Assembly: GCA_002633005.1 (NCBI GenBank)
Contig: NMRA01000070.1
Location: 991,039 to 1,055,038 of the forward strand
Origin: Phoronis australis
Lineage: Eukaryota > Animalia > Phoronida
Reading direction: 5' to 3'
Length of the DNA: 64,000 nucleotides
Positions 39,791-50,758 of the stretch are shown here, piece by piece. Both the position numbers and the translations under genes were made by a program. Positions within the stretch are counted from its first letter, which is position 1. Each line of letters starts with the position of its first letter. The notes beneath the pieces were generated by a model. It saw only the letters and a program-made list of their open reading frames with translations. It was not told the DNA's origin and ran no database searches.

Positions 39791-40859
39791 AAAGTAGCCC
39801 AAAATAACCAAAAGTTCAAATATGTTCCGTCAAAAAGGAAAGACAAAACATATCTTCAAAGATGTCTGGCTAATATCAAGGGTCACCAGTCGTAAGCAAG
39901 TCAAAGTGGTACTTTTTACCCCTTGCCTTATCTCGCACTACCTCAGTCGACTAGTTTTCGCAATGCAACAGTACAATTCTCATAAATTCAACTGATGATG
40001 ACTACTTTCAATTTAAAATCATGCCTGTAATAATCTAAAACAAATTAATACTAGGTACACAAACATTTTCTGAGAAGTGGAGTATAAACAGCTCCGGTAT
40101 TAGAGTTTTTCCAGTAGTTACCCTGGTTTAGTTCCTGATTTTAGCTCCCATAGGCCGGTCAAGGGCCAATCGCTGCTACACGCACCACTAGAAGTATTGC
40201 GATCAAACTGTTATATAAAAAACACACATCCATTAGTATATTGGTGTGAACATTATAAGTGATTTAACCAAAAACTTCGAATTAACTAGACCCAGTGGTG
40301 ATAGTCTAGGATAAACTCAACTGATATCAAAAGGCTAAAATTGGCAATTTTTGCCACTCCATGTTAAATACAATTTTTTGTCTAAATTTCTTCAAACTCC
40401 TACATTTCATTCTTGTTTATACTGAAATCTGTTGGGGCTATCGGTAACTAATCGCACATGAAAGGCTCGGTCGAAAATTATCGTTTTCTCACATGCACTT
40501 TCGGGTTTTCAGCTGCAATTACACTGATCGAAGTGACAAAATAAACCGAAATTTTAACCATACCATGGTAAACATAACATTTCTTCCGATTTTGCTGAAA
40601 CTTGGCCACTTTTTTAATAGAGCACCTATCTAAGTTATGTGCTATCGGCAAATGCGATTGGTTCATAAATAAGACCCCCTCGCTGTGTTTTCTGCGAATC
40701 CCATGTATCCTGGAGGGGCTAACTGAGTGATTTTCGCGCATGCGCAGTTCACGGTTTCAATAGTGCTGGTAATGCGACCAAAATTTATAATAACTCAAGA
40801 ACGCCAATTTTCCAACACCTGGGTAAATAATTTAGTTTACTCAAGGAAGACATAACAAT

Positions 40860-41110
40860 TTTATTAGGCATCATTAATTTTGGCGGCGACAGGCCCGATG
40901 AATTATGTACGCGACAGAAGCCGGAGGGAGTGAAATCAAGCCGACCGACTGACGTCACCAAGGCTAGTCCGAAACTGACCACCCTCCCTCCGCGTCCGCA
41001 AAAAACGACCCGAGAGAAAAAATAGAACACCTCGAATCTAAGTAGGGAGCCAGTGCAATACCTGGCACCAAAGCAGTGCCGAAACGGGCGCAACGAAGGT
41101 TTGTCGTTGA
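40860..41110 (+). repeat. Interspersed repeat, direct copy of 47900-48160
   Basis: Shared TTTGGCGGCGACAGG...GGAGTGAAAT.AAGCCGAC.GACTGACGTCACC...CCTCCCTCC.CGTCCGC. Confidence 0.7.
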
Positions 41111-42524
41111 GCGGGGGAGACGGATTTTGTACCAAAAGATGCATTTTATATATAATAGATGTTTATGGACTTAATGACACTGTTAACCTATTTTATTCAC
41201 ATACCTGTAGCAGATTAACTCTGTAATCCTATTGTTAAGACTTGATTTATGTTTAGGCTACAAACATCCCAGCCCAAGCTTCTTCCCCATTGTTTAGTTT
41301 TGTTTTTGGTGCACATTCTGATTGGTTCAATAGGTTCACTTGCAAGTTACATGCAATATTTTTATACTACCACACCAGAAGCTTTTTTTAATACAACATG
41401 TCCAGCACGTGTGTTTTTATCTACGAACCACCTCGGGTTTTTGTCCTTGAACAATAAAACCCCACAGAGTCGCCTACTGCTTCGCCCCAGTCCTGTAGTC
41501 GCCACATATTTCTTGCACCCGCAACCCTCTTTTGGTGCTCGGTAGCAACTGGCGTAGGCCTTTTCAGGAGGGGAAGCACAATTGGCCATGATACCCCTTC
41601 CGTTCATTTCTAATTAAGACTTCCCCGACCAAAACTGAATCAACTAGAATTCCGTGTTCCCTCTCCATTCGTTGCAGAGGACCGGAATAAAGTGAGCCTG
41701 TGAGTCACACGTTTGCGTTTGCGTTTAACCCGTAGCCGAAGGTCTATACCAGCTCGATATAACATGTACGTTAAACGCAGATGACACCCTTCATTTCCGG
41801 CAGTTTTTGACCGGCCCTTGAAGCTCCCTGGGTCATTATATGAACGCCAGTTTCCAGTGCCGGCGTTACCACATGACACACAGGGGACTTTCCGGGGGCT
41901 GCCACCAGTACAGTGGCCCCCACGCCGATTAATTACATAGCAAAAAGTTGAGTGATACAAATTTAATTGGCTCAGTGCCAGTGTGAAAGAAAAAATGCAC
42001 CCATCCCCTCTCCTGTAAAACATGTTCTACTTGGATACTCCATTCCTGCAGAATAATGGCCTGGGTTTCAATTACATACAGGTAGGACATTATTAACTAC
42101 CACTGCGGATTGGTGTTATTAAAGGTACTCTTCCTTAAGTATACTAAATTATTTATCAGAGCTCAGCAACTGAAAATTGTCGTTCTGCCGCTATTCTAAA
42201 ATTGTGATGGGCAGCTTTCATTGGATAGTTTTTACCTCGATTCTTCAATCAGCGAAGCTGCCTGCATGGCACAACAAATTATCGGGAGTGATTTCATTTG
42301 ATTACTTGTTTTTAGTATTTTAATACCACCAGACCGAATTTTATAACAAATTTTGGTGCTGCGAAGCTGTCAACATCTTCCAAAAGACGTCGAAATTTTT
42401 AGGAAATGGCGTGTGCGCGTGTCACGAGCGCGGAAGTCTTCTATGTTACAAAAGGCAAAGAATAATGCAAGAAAATGACGCTTATTACTTTGTTTTTCAC
42501 TCAAGCGACTGCAACGAGCAGGTT

Positions 42525-43099
42525 CTCGCTGGTTCCCTGCGTGCTTAGCCCAGCCAGCACGCAGGTATCACGCAGTGGCACGCGCTTTAGCATTGGTCGA
42601 TGTAATCTTGGCAGTCATTGGTTAGCTTTACAACACCGTGAAAAGAATGACAGACTGTGAATGATTTTAGCCTTGTCATGCAAGTGGCGTCGCAGCAACT
42701 ATTTCGTGTGTGCAGTGATGTTTAATAGCCGCGTGCTTGAAGCACATACATGCACAATAAACACATATTACCAGTGTGTTATTCATACTGTATAAGGACA
42801 CTATCGTAAACAAAAGTCATCGACAGTAGAAAGATGCATTCCGAAAAGGCTCAATCACAATTTCTAGGCTTCACATTTCCTGAACATGATTTTAAGCACC
42901 AGTTTGTCTGTACAACAGACCACATTTACACTTCAGTCCATCAGCCATGCCAGTTTGTTTGCGCAAAGCGCTGCCTGTTGACGAATCGACTAGCCAATCA
43001 GAAACGCCGGTGTAAAAAAATTTACAGAGGAAATTTAAGTGATACCTGCGTGCTGGCGCGGCTACCGCCCCACCTAGCGGCACGCAGGGAACCAGCGAG
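42525..43099. mobile_element. 575-bp MITE with a 10-bp TSD (MULE/Mutator-like), inserted in a Kolobok-like relative
   Basis: Perfect 20-bp TIR CTCGCTGGTTCCCTGCGTGC / GCACGCAGGGAACCAGCGAG, an inner IR CCAGCACGCAGGTATCAC, and the direct repeat CGAGCAGGTT at 42515-24 and 43100-09. Confidence 0.85.
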
Positions 43100-43494
43100 C
43101 GAGCAGGTTGAGCGTTGATTGACCCAGTTTTTGCATGCACCTCCGCGGTCGTTAACTCTACATGTTGATTAAGACTCACGACAAGATGGACGAGCAGAAC
43201 GACCCGAGCTGTAGCAAATTTCGGGGTCTTACGGCACTCAGTGCTACCAAGTTGTATTTCGACAATAATCTACACAGCTAGCTGTATGGCCAATTACGTC
43301 AGAACACGCAGTATCATACAAAGGCATTATTTTTTAACTAAATTTTGTCCGGTGGCCATGCTGGGTCTCACCCTTTCTGTGGCGCACAATAGATTTCGGT
43401 GGATTAATCGGCTTTTGCGTTCCTGTATAGCCCCATTGGATGACCTGTGTCAATTACTAGTAACGAATCTTTTTCTATTATTCAATGTAGTATA

Positions 43495-44288
43495 CACCGG
43501 TGACCTAAAGTCGTGAATATAAGCATAATAAGCAGTTGATTGTCATACTACCCAATGTCCGTTTGCAACTGCTCATGTGATGTCATGGACATATATCAGC
43601 CTTCACAAATATACGTGTTTTGACAATCTTAATCCTTGTTTGTATCCGTAAGCAGAGTTTTAAATCAGTCGCTGATATCGCCGGCCATTTTAAATGAGGC
43701 CCTAAAGTCGTGAACGTTTCGTTTAGACGTAGTTGCACGAAGTATGACCACACAAGTCAACTATAGGGCTTACAGTTACTCTAGATGACATAAAAATACA
43801 TCGCATTGTTTATTAATTCAGTTTCAAATGAAATAAATTGTTATATGTTTTGCACCCAACTTTGATGTGCACAGACGTTTTCAATGAGGTTGTTCACGTA
43901 AAACGCTAAGAACCCAGCATCCAATATCGCTCTGTATTTTATTGTTTTGACCTTACGACACTTGATCGACCCTGGGACATTTTGATACATTGTTCAAGCT
44001 ACCCCTGGAGCGCGTGTTTGAGTAAATCTGAACTATAAATATTTTCGAAAATATATCCCAAAAACGCACAAAAAGTGAATTAGTGAAATATGCTGTTTTT
44101 AAGATACATTTGGAAAAAGAAGCCACTCACTCATTGTTTGTTATCATATTGTGAATACGAACACGTCCGGGTATTCGTAAGCAGACGAACGCTGGAAACG
44201 CCAACGCCAGATGTCGCAGGACCGCGCAGAAGAGGAAATAAGATCGTTCACGACTTTAGGGCACTCACGACTTTAGGACCTCTGACGG
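43495..44288. mobile_element. MITE with CCTAAAGTCGTGA subterminal inverted repeats (TcMar-like)
   Basis: CCTAAAGTCGTGAA at ~43504 and ~43701 versus TCACGACTTTAGG at ~44248 and ~44265. Right end ...GACGG|TA. Confidence 0.5.
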
Positions 44289-44508
44289 TAATAGGTAGGG
44301 TACGGATCACACAATTTCCCAATACAATAAATTTTTTGTTTAGCAAGGACTAGTTTTGGTGTCAACTTACAGCGCTGATTTGTACAAAGGTAATTTAACA
44401 TTCGAAAAAACAAGTAGAGGCTATGATTCATTTAGAGTACAAAACAGTTCAAGACCTTTCCAGCGCTCCATAAATTTACCATTTTTACTTCAATTCGTTT
44501 ACGTATGT

Positions 44509-44816
44509 ACATAGACGGATTAAGGGTGGCCTGGCCCCTCCCTCCGTGGCTGCCGCCAAAAATAAAACAGGAAGACAGTAAGAGCGTGAAAAACGACTTA
44601 CCAATTAACCCCAGTAATGACAAAGCGGCTTAAATAAGGTGTAGGAAGCTTATCCCCGTTTTTTTTTAGTCGTGCCGCTGCATTTGTGCAAGGAGGTCCA
44701 CATTCTCAGAAGTCCAAGCCCTCCTTCATTTCAGGCTGACTGCGCGCATGCAGTCGTGCTTTACGCGATTTCCCGAAACACAGTGTTGCCCCCCCGCCTT
44801 ATGGTATCCGCCACTG
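44509..44816. mobile_element. hAT-like MITE
   Basis: Termini CATAGACGGAT...ATCCGCCACTG. Confidence 0.5.
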
Positions 44817-44829
44817 ATATATACCGTTC

Positions 44830-47575
44830 AGTGGAAATGTACAATGCAATTTCCTTTTTAAACAGTGCAAGGAAGGGATATTTGCACTTCAATCTTTGTT
44901 TATAAATGTGGTACTTGCCGAGGCAAAGAACCAAACTTTGTAAAACCGCTTCCACCTGAACACTTAACAGAACTGATTGTAGTCCAGCAGAATCTTCGAA
45001 CCAGTTATTTACATAAGTTCAAAACTGCTTAGTAACGTTACAAGACCAGTACACATATACAGTAGATTTAATTTCATCTAAGCAAAATGTGCACAATGAG
45101 CTATCAATTACGCCAAACTTGTTTAAAAATTTATAACAGCCTATAATCATGTTCTATGAACCAGCCTAAACTAAAACCATCTCAGAGAAACATCTTCGGT
45201 GAATGAATAGATGTAAGAAAAAACATTGTACCACCATTCTGCGTTATAAGGGAGATTTAATTTTTCACTTCACATCATGTGACACTTTGTTTTCCAGATT
45301 TTTGGGAGACAATAAGGTGGTAAATTTTACTTACTCCTTTAACATCTCAGAAAATAACTTCAATGCACCGTCGACGACACGGTAAATTACTTGATGCTTT
45401 CCCTCTCTGAGATGACTCTAGTTAGCATATAATGAGCTTCGTAGATCATAAAATAAAGTTACCTGAGGGGCAACGTCAAATTTCTCTATAATCTCCCCAT
45501 TATTAAGGAAACAACCTTCAGAATTAAGTAAGTAGTGTACATGAGTTTTTGAAACCATTGTTTATAGAAAGCAGGCTTGTTACCGGTATCTATTAGTATA
45601 TTTGAATTAAACCTTAGAGGCTGATGAATACCATCGTTTTCGGGAACTAACAATCTGAATTCATGACCTCATTGAAAGGCCTCCTTCTAAAACACATTAG
45701 AAGTTATTTGTGACATCTTTGTAAAATAGAAATCCCCGAGCAGTAAGTAATTCTTTGAAACTCTTGATGTCACACCATTTGCTAAAACTGCCCATGGGCT
45801 TGTAGTACTTTGACAAAGTAGTCTACGAAACCAAGTTAATTTCATAAAAAGTTACGTCAATCGTTCTGGCTCCACCAACATTGTACTCTTGAGCCATAAC
45901 CTTACAACAATTTTTCCGTTTTACCGTTCCATATAAAACAGTAGAACATTTTGTTTAGCTGCTTCAGGAAGGCCTCTGAAGGTGACAGGAGAATTGTAGA
46001 AAGATGAATAAGTTTTGGCATAATTATCGATTTCACAACTTTTATTCTTCCAAAAAGTGTCAAGTTTCTTTTTCCGCACATGTCTGTAGCCTTCTTTATG
46101 TCACCAAGCTTGCTGTTAAAATTAATGTCTGCAATTTTATTTAAATCACTGGAGAATTGAATACCCAGTAAAGTGAATTTTGATTTTGCCAATTTCAGTT
46201 TTACGTCACAACACATTTTTGATAGCTACTGATGCTGAGTTGTCAAATGTTCTCTTGAACTTTCTCTCTTATCCATATCCATAGTCTTTCATTTCTCGAC
46301 TGTCCCCGGCCCCAAGCCTATGTCGGTTGCCATGGCTTAACCCTGAAGCTTGCAATTTTTTTTAGGGGGGGTCACGGGCCCCTCCGGCCCCCGCTTCCTA
46401 CGGCCCTGCGATCCAACCCGGATACCCGTAACACTGTTGTCTAGTCCAAAGAGTCAGCCCTTGGTAATTTCTGCACGTAGAATAAAAAGGTATGGCAATA
46501 ACGGACCACCTTGCCTGCAACCACGCCGTATTCCGAAAAAGTTAAATGTGATACCGTTTTGTATAACACATTGCATTGCCCCTCTGTTTGGTACATGGAC
46601 CCATTTTTTTCGTTGAGTGACCAAAATTGAAGAAATTTAGACCTTTATTAATGAAAGACCAAGACCAGTAGTCAAACGCCTTTTCAAAGTCCACCAGTAC
46701 AAGCAAACCCGGTTTATTAAATTGTTCAGTAAACTGCATCAAGTCATACATGTAAGTCTACCTTGTATTTTCTGCTATAAAACGCCCAGAGAGAAAACCT
46801 TTTCGCTCAGGGTCTATTAACTTTTGTATACAAGACGACAAATGTTTGTAACTGATATTCTAAAGAGAAATAGGCCTCCAAATTTTTATATTATTTCTCG
46901 GTTAATTCCCATTGGGTACGATGGTAATAATCCCCTGGAGATGGGAGTTTGGAAGAAAGCCTCTTCTGAAACTATAATACATATAGTTCGCTTTAGTAAG
47001 ATACCTCGCTAGGTCGTTCCAGAAAAATTTATAAAATTCCGGGGTGAAAACGTTCGGACCTGAACCTTTATTATTTTTCACGTGCTTCAATGAATTAAGC
47101 CCCGCCCCTTCTGAGATTTCTGACTCGAGTGAGTTGCTTTCAGCTTCACTTAATTTAGGAATTTTCGTGCTCGGTATGGCGCCATTCAAATTAACTTTGT
47201 CTGGTAATCCGTCTTTAAATAAATCAGTTCTTCATAAAATTGACTTATTCCTTTCAAAAGATCTTTTTGATCCTCAGTTGTTTCACCACTCACCGTTACC
47301 AATTCAGTAACATTCTTATTGATAAAAGTATATTTTTCTTGATTACAAAAAGGTTTTTCACCTGCCAGCGCCCACCAAGCCTTTGCTCTTACCATCACCC
47401 CTTTTATTTCCTCAGCTCTCATTGATTCGAGTTCATCCTGCAGATCAGACAACCTTGTGTCCAATTCAACGGATGGGGTACTTTGATTTTGGGAGGTAGT
47501 GAAATTAATGAGAGGTTCAATCTCTTTTCGCTTGTTATGATTCTTCTGATAACTATAGGAAATAGTACGGTAACA
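44830..47575 (-). mobile_element. Heavily degraded L1/Tx1-clade LINE (ORF2 remnants)
   Basis: Fragments VRAKAWWALAGEKP, KGSGPNVFTPEFYKFFW, VDFEKAFD, LTLFGRIKVVKSIIMPKLIHL and CLGKYHIY parallel the 56.8-60 kb LINE. There are many frameshifts. Confidence 0.85.
46220..46410. repeat. Short insertion in the LINE; inverted copy at ~51215-51385
   Basis: ATGTTCTCTTGA..TTTCTCTCTTATCC...CTCGACTGTCC...CCTATGTCGGT is reverse-complemented at 51270-51365. Confidence 0.7.
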
Positions 47576-49399
47576 AATCTTAGTCGGTCATCTTCAGCAT
47601 CCGGTGGTCCTGTTTTGTGGTGATGTTTTTAGGTTTGTCGGTCCCCATTTCTGGTGCTGCGGTCCCATGGCCCGAAGGTAATGCTTGGGCGTGTCGGTGC
47701 CATTTGGAAGACCGGCGGTCATGTTCTTTCTCACCGTTTGTAAACATTCGGGTGTACCCGTGTAACATCACGTAGATGGAAATAAAATTTCAACGAAGAG
47801 TGCAACGATTTTCGTGCGACAAAACACGGGAGAATGGTGACAAAACAAAACACGGGCGAGATGTACATGTAGCAAAACATAGGCGATAATTGCCGCTAAG
47901 CTGAGTATCATGTTTGGCGGCGACAGGTACGAAGAAGTTTATATATTACGCAAAGGAGGCTGAAGGAGTGAAATTAAGCCGACGGACTGACGTCACCCAG
48001 GTCATTTAGCAGACCGGCTGACGTTACTAGTGCAAAAGGCAAGTAAGGAACTGGCTAGCCTCCCTCCACGTCCGCGAAAATAACGGCCCGCAAAAAAGGA
48101 CTAAAACACATCGAAATTAAATAAAGGCGAGGTGCACTACCTGGGACAATGGCAATGCCTGTAGTGGAGCTTGGGAGACCGACTTCTTGTGAACTTTCCG
48201 TTTTATGTTATAGATAACGCACCTCTGCATACACGAGTAGAAACTGGAGGCTAACCACTCAGTTCATTGCGCGAAGTACAGCGTTGTTGGGTTACAAAAC
48301 AAATCATAGCATTTGTTGTTTTCGGCTCAAGTTTAACTAAAATTAATCCCCCCGCAAGCTGCAATGCGTACCTTTGTTGATGAACTGTCAGTTTGACATT
48401 TAAAAATATTTATTTCACAAATATCGACGCGTGTAGGAATACTGGATAGAAAATCAAATCAGCTGATCTTAAGAAAAGCTATCGCCCACAAAACTTGACA
48501 GATTTTTGTGCGAAAAAGGGGCATATACTCCAATTTCATGAGGAATTCAAACGTGAATTCACTCTTTTTCCGTCGACAAAAAAATTGAAAGATGAAATCA
48601 AACGTCTTAATTCTTCAGGCGCCTCTTATGTTAACGCTGTCAGATTCAAGTGCAATAAAGAGTAATCCAGCGGAAAGACTTGCGGTTTCTGGCCGTCCGG
48701 AGTAGCCCGCCTGCCTACTCCGGACGGTCCTTAAAGGAGCATGCCACCCAAAAACAACCTAATTTGTATCAATTTAGATCGAGTAGTTCTACTCGATAAC
48801 GGCACGTACGGTTGCGTTACCTGACGGCAGACGGAGGTGTTGAAAGTATCCAATGACGTAATTGGTTTCACACGCAGTTTGTTCAGCAGTTCACAACACG
48901 GGTCACTGGTGTCAGCTTATCGCATGAACTCATCGTTTAACACCAATAAATCATCAAACTTCGATGTAAAACTCTTAAAAATACACCGAGTTCTTATAAA
49001 AATGTGTTGTTTTATTTCGTTGTTACGGATTTATTGGTATTTGGACACACCGTAGCCTACAGAGTTCAGCACGCAAGGTCCGTAACAGGAGTTTGGGGTC
49101 TGTTCGGAGATAAATTCGAAGTATTTTTCCGTGAGATACAGACAGCAGAACCTAGATTTGTGTTATTTAGACTTGTGATTTTTTTTTAGTTCTAAACACA
49201 CAAATCGCTTGTTCTCCCGGCCAGTACTTATGCGTGGGGAATCTAAATGTAAAAGCTTGAAGATATATCTAGCCAACACGAAAATGAAAAGCTGCTGCCC
49301 TGATATGGTCACAGAATAAACACTGAATCTGCGACCAGTGCTTTGTAAAAATATCTCTGGTGAAACATTCATATTGTAATAATTGTTTCAGGTCCCGTA

Positions 49400-50758
49400 A
49401 TGGCGATTAAAGTGGTGCATGTTGCGGTGGTAAGCGTGTTCATTCTATTCCTCACGTCACTTGTGTTATTCTATGACACAGGGGATATGCAAGTAGGAAC
49501 GCACCTATTGAGATATGTGATGAAGGGAAATACGGCAAACAACACCAAACGGATCAAGACAGAAAATCTACAACCTCATCGAGAAGTTAACCCCAGAGTG
49601 GAGTTAATGGTACGAGCCTCGACAGTGAATACAGCTGGTAAGAACCTTATAGGACGGTTGTTCTGTATGGTTATGCGAACACTGGTACTCTACTGGTCTC
49701 CTGTTTATGGAGACACGATTGTGGTTATCATGGATGATGAAAGCAAACAGGACCACCGTATTGGAGAAATGTTGAAAAAGGAAAAATTCGACTTTTTCCG
49801 ACTGGTCGTGCAGTACGAACCCCTTCCTGAGAATCCTGATAAGCTGAAGGCATGCCCTGATCCAAATCATCGTGATTTCGGCTATAAAAGACAGCTTTAT
49901 AGCAGTTTCTTTATGGATAGCTATACCTCAAAAGAAATCGTTGGTTGGCTCGATTCTGACATTGTGTTTATAAGTCCAGCGATGCCACGTGATGTTATAC
50001 GAAACGGACGGGTCGTAGCTTATGGTACATCCAACAGAATGAAGTATGGTTGGGTTAGACAGTGGTTTGAAACAGTATACTTAGCAATCGGATATCCTGC
50101 TGTGGCGGACTGCATGACATACTTCCCAACATATTTTTGGAGAGACACTTTTACAAACTTTCGCAACTTTGCTATGAAGCGATTTAATACCAAGTCGTTC
50201 GACGAAGCGTTTTACGAAATTTATGAAACGAATATACTAAGTCCTGTAAACATATTGTGTAACTATGCTTGGTATTATGAGCACGAAAGGTACGAATGGC
50301 ATTTGGATTTAGTTGAACCAGCGTTTCTGAAACGTTACCAAGTCCAACATAAAAACATTTTTAACGTGAAACCTGAAGAAACCACAATGAAACTTCACCA
50401 TGCCGTTCACTGGGGTCACGCCAATGGGATAACTGTCAAGCCAGGGACACATTACTTGGAGGTGACGCAAAAATCGTATTGCAAACTCTATAAACGAGTC
50501 TACAGTAAGGAAAAAAAGGTTTGTGATAAGTTTAAGACCAATGTTTTTGTAGAACAATTTGACTTCAGTTCGGTTTCATGGTGTAAAGGAAAAGATGGTG
50601 TGGAAAAGTGTAAAAAGATGATTGAAGACAATGATCGCACGCTGGTCCCGTTCATTAAAAATGGGACTTTCCCTTTCAACATCTCACTGGTAAAGAATGT
50701 TGAAAAAACAGCCAAGAGTTTCAACATTACGTGTCCGGATTTTGGTTTATACGTGTAG
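49400..50758 (+). CDS. Uncharacterised type II membrane protein, putative GT-A-fold (DxD) glycosyltransferase; intronless CDS
   Basis: 452-aa ORF from an ATG 9 nt after a TTTCAG acceptor. N-terminal TM (VVHVAVVSVFILFLTSLVLFY), stem region, IVVIMDDE, GYKRQLYS.FFMDSYT..EIVGWLDSDIVF (DxD after a hydrophobic strand), YFP..FWR and C-terminal cysteines. Confidence 0.8.
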   Translation: MAIKVVHVAVVSVFILFLTSLVLFYDTGDMQVGTHLLRYVMKGNTANNTKRIKTENLQPHREVNPRVELMVRASTVNTAGKNLIGRLFCMVMRTLVLYWSPVYGDTIVVIMDDESKQDHRIGEMLKKEKFDFFRLVVQYEPLPENPDKLKACPDPNHRDFGYKRQLYSSFFMDSYTSKEIVGWLDSDIVFISPAMPRDVIRNGRVVAYGTSNRMKYGWVRQWFETVYLAIGYPAVADCMTYFPTYFWRDTFTNFRNFAMKRFNTKSFDEAFYEIYETNILSPVNILCNYAWYYEHERYEWHLDLVEPAFLKRYQVQHKNIFNVKPEETTMKLHHAVHWGHANGITVKPGTHYLEVTQKSYCKLYKRVYSKEKKVCDKFKTNVFVEQFDFSSVSWCKGKDGVEKCKKMIEDNDRTLVPFIKNGTFPFNISLVKNVEKTAKSFNITCPDFGLYV

